Shown piece after piece: positions 48,496-57,399 of a stretch of 64,000 bases of DNA. A program made the position numbers and the translations under genes. The DNA lies in IMG/VR virus record IMGVR_UViG_3300046786_000128, positions 12,368 through 76,367 of that record; one strand, 5' to 3'. This stretch comes from a virus (lineage: Duplodnaviria; Caudoviricetes). The first letter of the stretch is position 1; each line of letters opens with the position of its first letter. The notes under the pieces were generated by a model. That model was given only the letters and a program-made list of their open reading frames with translations. It was not told the origin of the DNA and did not search any database.

Positions 48496-50130
48496 TTACT
48501 CCTGTCCAATATTTTCTTCTAATGAACGCAAGTCGTCATCGTCTTGTTGATCGAACAATGGTACACCGTCAGGACCGTATACAATCGGTTTTGTGTCTTC
48601 GATAGTAAACAAGTTGTTAAACTCGTTGTCAGCAGGACCGCCTTGTAGTCGAGCACCTTCTAAACTCTTCAGAAAACCTTTTGCACTATCAATCATTGCA
48701 AATGCTTCTTCTTTAGTTTTAGTTTCAAACAATTCTTCGATAAATTGACCAAAGTAAAGAATCTTGTTAGGAACCCAATCGCTATATTCTTTTTCTTTCT
48801 TACCTTCGATACCGATTAATCTCCAGTCAGGCTTAAATCTAGCACATTCGACATCCATCAATTGCTGAGCACGTTGAACAGCTTTAATATGACATTCGAC
48901 ATTATGACCCATCATCAAAGCATAAGCAAAACTATCCCAACTTGTTCTGTTTGGAATTTTATCTAGTTTGTTTTTCTTAGGAACAACATGATAATGTGCT
49001 GGATTCAAATGGTCAAACTTAGCACCATTTAATTCTTCGTCAGTCTTACGTTTGCCTAAATCATAATAAGCAATATCACCCATTGTTAGTCTACTAGCAA
49101 ACTCGGATTCAAACGGATATGGAATATCGCTGCCTGCAAGTGCTTTGTTATCAGGAGCCTTGTCCATAATAACACTCCAACGCTTGTTGGTATGTTGTGC
49201 ATTTGTATAGACAAGTCCGTGAGCAGTAGCAATGAACGGTGACGCACAATCAAAGCTAATTGTAAGATTAGGATTAATATGTTTACGTAGTTGACGTTGG
49301 ATTTGTGTTAGATAACAACTCCAGTCAAGTTGTGCAGTACCCAAGAAGTGAATCCAATCTTTGCCTTTAAGCATACCATCTTCACGCATAGTCATTAATC
49401 TCTTTAGCGTGATAGGCATCTTGCACATATTTGCGCCACCAAAGGCCCAACCTTCTGCGGCATTATCGCCCCATATTTCTGTATCGCTAAATTCTTTAAC
49501 ACCGTTGTACCACTTCTCAGCAGTATCCCAGTTACTACCTTGTAGAACATTTAAGAACTTTGTAGCTTTGCCATCACGATTCTCTAAGAAGAACTTGTTA
49601 TTAAACTTAGTCTTATCTAAACAATCGTCAAAGTCTTTCAATCCAGTCTTAGGTGCATGAATATGATCACAAGCCCATGTTGGAACGTCAAGCATCATTG
49701 ACCAATCTGCTGTAAGTTCAAGCCAACGCAGAATATCCAAGCGTGTTTTATTTGCACTAGGACCATCGAAGTTTAACCAATCAAACTTAAGAACACCTTT
49801 ACCAATCTGATATCCACCGGAGTCGCCAACAATAACAGTATTGTCTCTGTCACGTTGTTGAATCATTGATTCTTGAATAACACTCTTTTCAAGATTAAGT
49901 TGTGCGTGTCCTGCTGAGTACAAACCATACTTGTAAGTGAAGTATCCGGCTTCTGGATTCAGGAAGTTCATGCCTTCAATACCGCGATCGAATCCTGCAG
50001 GAATACGTTCGTTAGGAACAAATTCTTCTAGTCGTTGTTTTGCTATGTATGTGCTATAAAAAGAACTGATAGCAGGCAAATATACTGCATAGTCCTTTTG
50101 TAATGGGGTTAAGTTAACTTGTCGTGTCAT
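48496..50130 (-). CDS. dpdA: TGT-superfamily transglycosylase, probable DNA 7-deazaguanine insertase DpdA
   Basis: GDSGGYQIG (catalytic Asp), MLDVP, LNVLQG, HFLG and SFDCAS motifs; co-located with folE, queE and the queD-like gene. Confidence 0.8.
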   Translation of the reverse strand: MTRQVNLTPLQKDYAVYLPAISSFYSTYIAKQRLEEFVPNERIPAGFDRGIEGMNFLNPEAGYFTYKYGLYSAGHAQLNLEKSVIQESMIQQRDRDNTVIVGDSGGYQIGKGVLKFDWLNFDGPSANKTRLDILRWLELTADWSMMLDVPTWACDHIHAPKTGLKDFDDCLDKTKFNNKFFLENRDGKATKFLNVLQGSNWDTAEKWYNGVKEFSDTEIWGDNAAEGWAFGGANMCKMPITLKRLMTMREDGMLKGKDWIHFLGTAQLDWSCYLTQIQRQLRKHINPNLTISFDCASPFIATAHGLVYTNAQHTNKRWSVIMDKAPDNKALAGSDIPYPFESEFASRLTMGDIAYYDLGKRKTDEELNGAKFDHLNPAHYHVVPKKNKLDKIPNRTSWDSFAYALMMGHNVECHIKAVQRAQQLMDVECARFKPDWRLIGIEGKKEKEYSDWVPNKILYFGQFIEELFETKTKEEAFAMIDSAKGFLKSLEGARLQGGPADNEFNNLFTIEDTKPIVYGPDGVPLFDQQDDDDLRSLEENIGQE

Positions 50131-50485
50131 ATTCTCTCGCTAGTTTTGCTGTAATGTCCAGCTGACGTTTTGCCTTTTCTAAATTTTCTAGTGCTATTTT
50201 AACTGCTTCGTTTTCTTGTGCTAAAGATGCCCAAGCTAATTCTTCATCACGCTTCTTACGTGCCCAATCGAGCAAGGACTCTGCTTCACTATTTAGGCCT
50301 ACTGACGCAGAGCCTAAATTAAGTTGAACCCAGCCGGAGCCGTCAAACACTTCCATACGTTGATTGGTAGTGTTGTATCGCATATTGCCAACACCCTGTG
50401 ATCCAGAATAACCGTTCACATAAGTGCTGGCTGTGCCTCCCGAAACCTGGACATAACGTCCTGCAGGATATACGCTACCGATCAT
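50114..50485 (-). CDS. Hypothetical protein
   Basis: Contiguous between the clamp and dpdA genes. Confidence 0.6.
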   Translation of the reverse strand: MIGSVYPAGRYVQVSGGTASTYVNGYSGSQGVGNMRYNTTNQRMEVFDGSGWVQLNLGSASVGLNSEAESLLDWARKKRDEELAWASLAQENEAVKIALENLEKAKRQLDITAKLAREYDTTS

Positions 50486-50487
50486 TA

Positions 50488-51222
50488 TTAAGCCTGTGCT
50501 GGAATGATGTACTTGTAAGTTGCCAATCCGCTATCAATAGTAATTTGAATAGCACCTTCGTTTGACAAGCTCATTTTAACAGTGCCAACATCTGCAATTT
50601 TAAGAATACTTAAAATTTGCAATACAGGCCATGTCCATCCGCGATCTAACTTACCAACAACATCAGTTGCAAAAATAAACTCGCCGCCGTGTGTATTAGC
50701 ATCACCGAAGATAAACTTTAAGTTAGTACCATCAGTCTTTGCTAAGAAAGTTGGATGTTCATTATTAGCACCTGCCTGGAAAGCAAAGCGTTGAACAGCA
50801 GCAACAGTTGGGGAAATTTCTACGTCCCACTTTACTCCGCGGAATTTAACAGTTTTCATCTTTTCATTGATGATATCAGAATTCATAAATCCATAGTCGT
50901 TCTTGAAGTCACCTGCGGTGTTTTCAAAGTGTAGACCTGTTGGAATAGTTTCTCCGTTACGTTCTGCAAACTTAACATTAATCTTAGCGTCAGTTTGATA
51001 TTCGCTACCATCTAACAAATATTTCAATTTGTTTAATTGTGGCATGCCGAATGTTCCAATCATGTCTGGATATGGAGCAGCAGTTTCTGCTTCCATAATA
51101 ACACTACGATCATCTGCCATAGAATTGATTGTAGTTTTTTCTTCTGTGCCTGTAACTTTAACTGTAGTTAGGAAGCCTAGGTTTTGTGTGTGACTTACGA
51201 TATCTTGTAAGATGTCTTTCAT
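50488..51222 (-). CDS. gp45: Sliding clamp (T4 gp45-like)
   Basis: 244 aa, adjacent to PolB, alternating beta/alpha pattern, C-terminal KYIIPAQ. Confidence 0.65.
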   Translation of the reverse strand: MKDILQDIVSHTQNLGFLTTVKVTGTEEKTTINSMADDRSVIMEAETAAPYPDMIGTFGMPQLNKLKYLLDGSEYQTDAKINVKFAERNGETIPTGLHFENTAGDFKNDYGFMNSDIINEKMKTVKFRGVKWDVEISPTVAAVQRFAFQAGANNEHPTFLAKTDGTNLKFIFGDANTHGGEFIFATDVVGKLDRGWTWPVLQILSILKIADVGTVKMSLSNEGAIQITIDSGLATYKYIIPAQA

Positions 51223-51247
51223 TTAGAGTTTCTCCATGTATGTTAAT

Positions 51248-51276
51248 ATTATATTTAGATCGTGGTTAAATTGCAA
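51248..51276 (-). promoter_or_regulatory. Sigma70-type promoter
   Basis: TTGCAA-N17-TATAAT upstream of the clamp gene and the downstream modification genes. Confidence 0.7.
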
Positions 51277-51283
51277 CAACAAT

Positions 51284-53953
51284 TTATTCAAAATCAAATA
51301 ATTTTCCGAATGTATTATCATTCCTTGTTGAACTGATATCCCAGTCCAACACTCCGATTAAGTTTTCGAGTTTTTCGTCGATAACTGTAGTTTCCATTAG
51401 CGCATGATCGAATGGTAAATCTTTAAACCATTGCGGTAAACGCAACTCGTCTACAGGATATGCCACTGACGTATATGCCATTGGGTTATCTTTGAGTTTA
51501 CAAACAATAACTTTTGCACCGTCTGTAATACTCATTGAATATTTGTCATCCATCATACGCTTCAAAGTATTCCAGTTTAGCGATGCACGAACGTGTCCGG
51601 GCATATTTGCTTTACCAGCTTTCTTTTCTTTACTTGCATACTCTGTAATGTTATTTGCTCTCTTAGGAGAACCTTTCTCCCAACCGGGTCTAGTCTTAAA
51701 TTCTGTACGGAAATTAGTAATGTACTCTAATACATCATCTTTCTCTCCGCTATTTAGGACCATTGTTAGAACTTCACTTAAAAAGTCTTGGATAACAACC
51801 GGGGTATCCGAGCGTTTGAGATCAAGCCCCATCGCCTTAATTTTTCCAGGTTTGCCGTCGACATCTGCTCGCTTTCCTTCTTTGTCGTAGTAAAGAACTG
51901 CGTATCGCTTCTTAGTAATGAACAAACCTTTGCTTGCGACAATTTCTCGTCCTGCTTTGATAACTTCTCCCCTGGTCTTTGGGCAGTGAAAAGCATCTTG
52001 CATGAATTTTGGGAAAGTTCCATTTACTTCTTCTCCTATGGTATCGTATAACTGAATAACGCTTTCTTTACTCCAAGGAACTAATCCTTTATCGATATCT
52101 TTCTTTAGAGTAGAATAAGCTGAGAAATAACACGAATCAGTGTCACCGTAGATAATGGATTTACCAACGTGATCGTTCGTTCCTGTAATAATTTCGTTTA
52201 CTTTACCAGCCATGTGTTTTGCAATGGCTCGGCCTGTTAGTGTAGTTGATTGTCCAATACGGTTATCAAAGAATCTACAGCCTGGATTAAGAATAGCACC
52301 GTACAAGCTGTTCAAATTAATTTTCTTAACTAACTGTCGCTTGTCCCAGTATTCTTCTTCAATTTTGTTACCAGCGGCAATAGCAGCTTTAAGTTTAGCC
52401 TGCATCTCTTTACGTTCGGCATACCAACGTTTTAACAATCCAGGAATAATACCTTCTTTCTCGTAAGTAAAGATAGTACCATTAGCACTGATCATCCAAG
52501 GTTGATTGCTATTAAAAATCAAATCGTATGCTTGTGCGCCACTTAGCGTATCATTGCCGCCGTCTTCCCAGTCGATGGTAATTTCACGTCCTACTTCTTT
52601 GTTCATTACAGAAGTGTATTCTAAACTGCCAAACACACCTTCCCATGCTGATGCAAAAGACTTACCCTTGCCCATTTCAGCCGCAATGAAGTCTTTAGTG
52701 CCATCTTGACGTAGCTGTCCAACAATTGTTTCTGGACCCATGTTAAGCGCACGAATCGCAGATGGATACAATGAGTTAATATCTAAAGAACCAATCCAGT
52801 CATGAATGCCTTTCTTTGGATAGGCAACATACGCACCAGCAGCCTGGGTATCGCCTTGTTCTTCCATCTTACGACGATTAGGTACAATGAAACCACGCTT
52901 ATGGGCTTCGTTAATAATAGCTTGTTCAGTAACAGCCACAGCACCCATTGTAGTCTGTAGCAATACAGTACATTCGTGTGCTAGTGTGTTAGCAAGATCT
53001 AAGAACTTTAATTTCTTATCTAGTTTATCAAGTAGAGCGCAGTCTTGTCTGTTGTATTCAATAAACTTACGGAAGTCATTGTTATACAATTGATCCAGCG
53101 AACCTTCGTAGACTGTTTTGTTCTCACCTATCTCCATTTCTCCGATAGCGTCTAGACGATACGTATGGCGTTCTTCGTAGGTGTATTTGCGATATAACTC
53201 AAGACTGTCTAGATGAACACGGCCAATCAAGTCGTATGTAACAGCAGCCTTGCCGTACTTTTCATACTCACGCTTCTTGGGAAATTGATTCCACAAGCAG
53301 AATCTGCGTGTGTCTTCTTTGCTTAGAACTTTAGTGACACGGTTAACGGTATACGGAATATCGAAACCTTCACTGTTCCAACCACTTAATACATCTGCAT
53401 CTTGAATTAAATCTAAGAATGTATCCAACATGTCTGCTTCATTGTCAAACAGCATGGTGTTGGGAAATTCTTCAACTTGTTTCTTAGCTTCTTCCATAGA
53501 TAACGTCTTTGGAGGAATAGCCAAACATACCATTGTATCTAACCATTGCAGATGAACAGCAATCGCAGTAATTGGCATAAAGGGATCATCTGGACTTGCG
53601 TAACCACGTTCTGGGTCGAAGTCCACTTCAATATCGAACCAAGCTACATTTAACTTAGGTGCATCTTGATTTAGATAGTTGTCTTCAAGGCAGCGATAAA
53701 TCGGATTGATATCACTTTCAAATAATTTTTTGTTTGAATGGATTGCAAGTTCTTTTCTGTGTTCTTTAACATTCTTTGAACTTACTCTGGACAATGGCTG
53801 TCCATAAATGCTTAAAAATTTACCCTTAGGATCAGGGTGATAAAAGATATGACGGGCAGGGTATTCTTTATATTGTCGTTGACCTTTTTCATCTCGTTCA
53901 ACAACATGAATAGTATCCTGCTCTCTATCATAGAAAGCGTCTACATAACTCAT
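51284..53953 (-). CDS. gp43: Family B DNA polymerase (gp43-like)
   Basis: Exo FDIEVD, DINSLYPS, KINLNSLYG and YGDTDS motifs; AGGAGA SD before MSYVDAF at 53953. Confidence 0.97.
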   Translation of the reverse strand: MSYVDAFYDREQDTIHVVERDEKGQRQYKEYPARHIFYHPDPKGKFLSIYGQPLSRVSSKNVKEHRKELAIHSNKKLFESDINPIYRCLEDNYLNQDAPKLNVAWFDIEVDFDPERGYASPDDPFMPITAIAVHLQWLDTMVCLAIPPKTLSMEEAKKQVEEFPNTMLFDNEADMLDTFLDLIQDADVLSGWNSEGFDIPYTVNRVTKVLSKEDTRRFCLWNQFPKKREYEKYGKAAVTYDLIGRVHLDSLELYRKYTYEERHTYRLDAIGEMEIGENKTVYEGSLDQLYNNDFRKFIEYNRQDCALLDKLDKKLKFLDLANTLAHECTVLLQTTMGAVAVTEQAIINEAHKRGFIVPNRRKMEEQGDTQAAGAYVAYPKKGIHDWIGSLDINSLYPSAIRALNMGPETIVGQLRQDGTKDFIAAEMGKGKSFASAWEGVFGSLEYTSVMNKEVGREITIDWEDGGNDTLSGAQAYDLIFNSNQPWMISANGTIFTYEKEGIIPGLLKRWYAERKEMQAKLKAAIAAGNKIEEEYWDKRQLVKKINLNSLYGAILNPGCRFFDNRIGQSTTLTGRAIAKHMAGKVNEIITGTNDHVGKSIIYGDTDSCYFSAYSTLKKDIDKGLVPWSKESVIQLYDTIGEEVNGTFPKFMQDAFHCPKTRGEVIKAGREIVASKGLFITKKRYAVLYYDKEGKRADVDGKPGKIKAMGLDLKRSDTPVVIQDFLSEVLTMVLNSGEKDDVLEYITNFRTEFKTRPGWEKGSPKRANNITEYASKEKKAGKANMPGHVRASLNWNTLKRMMDDKYSMSITDGAKVIVCKLKDNPMAYTSVAYPVDELRLPQWFKDLPFDHALMETTVIDEKLENLIGVLDWDISSTRNDNTFGKLFDFE

Positions 53954-54020
53954 ATTTTCTCCTATGTCATTTTTAGGCTGACAAACACCTGCTTGTGGTT
54001 TATGGCCCACCGACCTTCTC

Positions 54021-54311
54021 TTACATATTTAGTAACCGCACGTACCCAACTAGATCAATAGTGACTAGCAGTAAGTAATTAGCCACCATGCCTGTACTTT
54101 TACGTGTCCAAGCAGCCCAACCAAAAATAGCACATTGGGTAATAAAAATTGGGTACAGCCATATAAACAACGGATCTGTAGCACCGGCTGCTAATACGAG
54201 AGAACAGGTTAGACTCATGAACCAAGCAGCAATTTCGAGAACGAACCTTAACGGCCATTCTCTGAAATCGTGCCTAGCCCAATTAAACACGCCCTTGAAA
54301 AAATTAATCAT
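54021..54311 (-). CDS. Small membrane protein
   Basis: About three hydrophobic segments. Confidence 0.6.
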   Translation of the reverse strand: MINFFKGVFNWARHDFREWPLRFVLEIAAWFMSLTCSLVLAAGATDPLFIWLYPIFITQCAIFGWAAWTRKSTGMVANYLLLVTIDLVGYVRLLNM

Positions 54312-54571
54312 TCAGGCAAACGCTTAGTAACGCCAAGAATCATTTCAATATCATTCCATTCTTGCTCGTGGTCTTTCCAATTATCCTTGTGTGCAATCTT
54401 AATTGCTTTATTGATAATGCTTGGTTTAATTTGAAGTTCTTCAGCAACTGCTTTTACAGTTTCTTTAAGTCCTTCTTGCAAGTCCTCAACTTCACGTAGC
54501 ACATTAGAACCTTCATTAATAAGACGCTCTAATTTTGCCTTCTCTTCGGCTCCGTACATTCTTGTAGACAT
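54308..54571 (-). CDS. dsbA: T4 DsbA-like dsDNA-binding protein
   Basis: LINEG....EVEDLQEGLKE.VKAVAEEL.IKP..INKAIK.AHK.N pattern and size resemble T4 DsbA. Confidence 0.65.
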   Translation of the reverse strand: MSTRMYGAEEKAKLERLINEGSNVLREVEDLQEGLKETVKAVAEELQIKPSIINKAIKIAHKDNWKDHEQEWNDIEMILGVTKRLPE

Positions 54572-54592
54572 AATGTTCTCCTATAAGTATAT

Positions 54593-54621
54593 ATTATACA
54601 GAGATAAAAAAAGCCAGTCAA
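54593..54621 (-). promoter_or_regulatory. Sigma70-type promoter for the dsbA/pol operon
   Basis: TTGACT-N17-TATAAT, followed by an AGGAGA SD. Confidence 0.8.
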
Positions 54622-54637
54622 CTTAATGACTGGCTTT
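54606..54637 (-). terminator. Rho-independent terminator
   Basis: AAAGCCAGTCA-ttaagt-TGACTGGC followed by T7 on the minus strand, just after the 54656 stop. Confidence 0.85.
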
Positions 54638-54655
54638 GTGCAGCAATTGGTAAAA

Positions 54656-55570
54656 TTACTTTTGATCTTCGCTTAGAACATCGTACATTTCAAATACACC
54701 GCCCATACGCTCGTATACCATACCAGCATAAACTTCAGCTTTTGTGCCTTCACCTAGTTTCTGTTTTGCAACACGACTAGCCCATGCAAATAATTCTGTA
54801 TCAACTGGATCAATTTGTTGTTGTCCACCGCTTTCTTGAACCATTAAAATCATTTCTTTAAATGATAGTTTTTGTTCTACGCTTTCAGCAACGACTTTCT
54901 TAGAACGTGTAACTGATTCGTCTTTCTTTGCTTTTTTCTTTTCTTCGGCTTCTGCCTCTTTACCTTGGTACTTATCACCCTTTACAGATGTAGCAGGATG
55001 CTTCTTACCTGACTTATCAGTCCAAGTTGTAGCAGTTTTTTCTGCTGCTTCTTTGACTTTTTCATCTTTCTTAGCAAACGGATTCTTCTTCTTGTCGGAA
55101 ACTGCCTTCTTCAAAGGCTCTTTCTTGTCGCCGTCTTTGTCCATGTCTAGGAAGTCTGGCTTAGCAGCTTCTTCCATTTTTTCTTTCTTAGCTTTCTTTT
55201 CAGCTTTCTTAGCTTCAACCATCTTCATGAATTTGGACTTAAATTCTGGCTCAATACTTTCGTCTGTCTTCTTAGCTTTCTTTTCTTCAGCTTCGGCTTC
55301 TTTGCCCTGATACTTGTCACCTTTTACGGATGTAGCAGGGTGCTTCTTGCCACTCTTGTCAGTCCAAGTAGTTGCTGTTTTTTCAGCAGCTTCTTTAACA
55401 TCTTCTTCAGCTTTTTTCTTAGCTTCAGCAACATATGTGCTACGTCCGCTTAGAACACGCAATTGAGCATCTTCGTTAAGTTGCATAGCTTGTGGCAAAG
55501 ATGGTGCAGCTGGAGTTTTTGCAGGTGCATCCATGCTGTCTAGTTTACTGATGATTGATTTGAAGTCCAT
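54656..55570 (-). CDS. Lys/Glu-rich putative prohead core or internal head protein with a 41-aa duplication
   Basis: Late promoter at 55604-55610; DFLDMDKDGDKKEP EF-hand-like motif; charged low-complexity sequence. Confidence 0.6.
   Translation of the reverse strand: MDFKSIISKLDSMDAPAKTPAAPSLPQAMQLNEDAQLRVLSGRSTYVAEAKKKAEEDVKEAAEKTATTWTDKSGKKHPATSVKGDKYQGKEAEAEEKKAKKTDESIEPEFKSKFMKMVEAKKAEKKAKKEKMEEAAKPDFLDMDKDGDKKEPLKKAVSDKKKNPFAKKDEKVKEAAEKTATTWTDKSGKKHPATSVKGDKYQGKEAEAEEKKKAKKDESVTRSKKVVAESVEQKLSFKEMILMVQESGGQQQIDPVDTELFAWASRVAKQKLGEGTKAEVYAGMVYERMGGVFEMYDVLSEDQK
54935..55399 (-). repeat. Intragenic direct repeat (copies 55277-55399 and 54935-55057)
   Basis: 41 identical amino acids (VKEAAEKTATTWTDKSGKKHPATSVKGDKYQGKEAEAEEKK); 19 of 41 codons differ, all synonymously, by manual comparison. 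Confidence 0.95.
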
Positions 55571-55603
55571 TTTTAAATTCCTTGATCCTAAAGGTTCATA
55601 ATG

Positions 55604-55610
55604 TATTTAT
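55604..55610 (-). promoter_or_regulatory. T4-like late promoter (ATAAATA)
   Basis: Upstream of an AAGGA SD and the ATG at 55570. Confidence 0.65.
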
Positions 55611-55795
55611 CTTTTTACTAAAGAGCCGCCGGTTAGCAGATTAGCACCCTTTAGATCTAACGCATTTGGCACTGTGCCATTTTTATTCTTTTTGAGCTGT
55701 TTGCCTGGTTTATTTGGATAAACAACACCAACAGTAACGTTAGCGGCACTTGTAGCCCCTGCTGTTGCTGTTTCGAACAATTCTTTAATTTTCAT
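55607..55795 (-). CDS. Small putative internal head protein (CTS-like MKIKELFE)
   Basis: Late promoter at 55801-55807, 5 nt before the ATG; CTS-like N-terminus. Confidence 0.65.
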   Translation of the reverse strand: MKIKELFETATAGATSAANVTVGVVYPNKPGKQLKKNKNGTVPNALDLKGANLLTGGSLVKR

Positions 55796-55800
55796 AGTAG

Positions 55801-55807
55801 TATTTAT
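55801..55807 (-). promoter_or_regulatory. T4-like late promoter (ATAAATA), near-leaderless
   Basis: Reads ATAAATA-ctact-ATG. Confidence 0.65.
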
Positions 55808-55810
55808 TGA

Positions 55811-56581
55811 TTATCTAGATAGATATCCGTAGAGTTCTTTTTTAACTTGTTGCCAAGTTCCTGCAGAACCCTGTTTTAGATAACCGCCGTAGTACTTTGT
55901 AGCTAGGTACAAATGATGCAGCGTAGGTAGCTGAATTATCTTTGGACCTATTACGGCATACTCTTGGGTTTTAACTTGCTGCAAGACACCATTTAACACT
56001 TTTAAAGCACGGTCTCCTACAGCATTTCGAATATCGTTAGCTACTTCAGAAACCCATGCATCACGTTCTAGGTTGTTTAAAAGATATTGGAAGTGCTCTT
56101 CGTTGGCATTTTTTGGATCCGGAGGTTGTTTAGAAAATGGGCTGTTTGCTAAATCTAATGCAGCACCTACTTCGTTTTTGCCTATTTGCTGGCTAACTTG
56201 ATGCGCATGATTAAGTTCGTGAATTAATCTAGAACCTAGTTTGTCTAAAAATTGCTGGAATTTCTTATCGCTTAAATCTGCGCCAATATTGATTGTAGAA
56301 ATAATTTCGTGCTTTAACGGATCTTCGTGTACAAGGTGTTCTGCATCTAAGATTGCATAGGGACTAGTTTCGTCATCTACAATTCTTGGTTTAATTGTAA
56401 TTGGACCTTTAACATTTTGTTTTGCCCAATCTTTAAACGCTTTACCTTTGTTTAAGTTTTTAAACAATGCTCCGACCCAATCTACAGTTATTCCAGCAGG
56501 AGGAATTGCAGGAGCCGAAGTTTCGACCCAGGATTTAACCCATGAAGTGCTAATTCGTTCTGTTAATTCGAAAGCTCTCAT
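55811..56581 (-). CDS. Putative zincin-like metallopeptidase with CTS-like N-terminus
   Basis: MRAFELTE start; IHELNHAHQ (HExxH) with a downstream ERDA Glu. Confidence 0.6.
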   Translation of the reverse strand: MRAFELTERISTSWVKSWVETSAPAIPPAGITVDWVGALFKNLNKGKAFKDWAKQNVKGPITIKPRIVDDETSPYAILDAEHLVHEDPLKHEIISTINIGADLSDKKFQQFLDKLGSRLIHELNHAHQVSQQIGKNEVGAALDLANSPFSKQPPDPKNANEEHFQYLLNNLERDAWVSEVANDIRNAVGDRALKVLNGVLQQVKTQEYAVIGPKIIQLPTLHHLYLATKYYGGYLKQGSAGTWQQVKKELYGYLSR

Positions 56582-57399
56582 CTCATTGCCAACTTAAAAT
56601 CTTGAAACTTATCTTTACGTTGATCTAGATGTTTCATTCCAGGATTAATTCCTTTTGTAACATCTTTAACATTGTCAAAGTTTTTAACTTTGCTACTAAC
56701 TCTATTCTGCCAAAACCAAACAGACGTCTTAGCAGCAACTTCCGGCTTTTCTACAAGCTCTGGATTTTTAACTAATCTATCATCACCGTAGATTGCTTTA
56801 GAGGCTTCGGCATAATTGTATTTGCCTGTTAATTGAATATAACCTCTGCCGGAATACTTAGCACCATCTCCAGGTTTAGTATTACCTAATCGTTTAGCTT
56901 TGTTAGGAGCAAATCTAATATCGTATTTTTTAAAGTCTAACTTCCCACCGATTTCTTTCATGTGTTTGAAATCCATTGTTTCGTGAGCACATTGACTCAG
57001 AAACGCTGCAAGTTCTTGACCTTGTATTCCTGCTTTCTCTGCTGCTTTTTTTAAAAGCACTTCGTGTGGATTACCTGTTACAGAGTTTGCTATTTCTTTT
57101 TTGCTAACTGCTTTTAGCGGATCGACTTTCTTAACGTCTTGTTTAACTTGTTGAACAACTGCTGGTTTTTCTGTAGGTTTCTTTTTGGCAGCTTCTGCAT
57201 CTCCTGAACCTCCTAGTGCCGCAGCACCAATAGCAGCCCCTGCTACCCAGTCTTTCCACCCTTCGTCAGTTTGTTCTTCTTTGACCTTGACGCAAGAGTC
57301 CTTGCTGTTCTTAGTACCATTATAACGATAGCCATCCCAGCAGGCTTTGCCGTCGGCGCCTTTTTTCTTACCTTCGATAATAAATTCATGCGCTCTCAT
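56578..57399 (-). CDS. GH19 chitinase/lysozyme-like protein with CTS-like N-terminus
   Basis: MRAHEFIIE start; AAFLSQCAHET and DGAKYSGRGYIQLTGKYNY GH19 motifs. Confidence 0.88.
   Translation of the reverse strand: MRAHEFIIEGKKKGADGKACWDGYRYNGTKNSKDSCVKVKEEQTDEGWKDWVAGAAIGAAALGGSGDAEAAKKKPTEKPAVVQQVKQDVKKVDPLKAVSKKEIANSVTGNPHEVLLKKAAEKAGIQGQELAAFLSQCAHETMDFKHMKEIGGKLDFKKYDIRFAPNKAKRLGNTKPGDGAKYSGRGYIQLTGKYNYAEASKAIYGDDRLVKNPELVEKPEVAAKTSVWFWQNRVSSKVKNFDNVKDVTKGINPGMKHLDQRKDKFQDFKLAMR

Noticed and set aside
48496-50130. tRNA queuosine TGT as an auxiliary metabolic gene
   Set aside because: The protein is long and divergent, lacks an obvious CxCxxC zinc motif and sits among DNA replication genes, so DpdA is more likely. 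Not formally excluded.
51284-54010. Intron/intein in the polymerase, and the longer starts given by the ORF track (54010, 45975, 57438, 40708, 46539)
   Set aside because: The polymerase is continuous and of normal size. SD positions, stop/start overlaps and motif onsets support the shorter starts used here.
56578-57399. Chitin-degradation auxiliary gene
   Set aside because: Phage GH19 enzymes are generally muramidases, and the CTS-like tag and late context favour a virion role.
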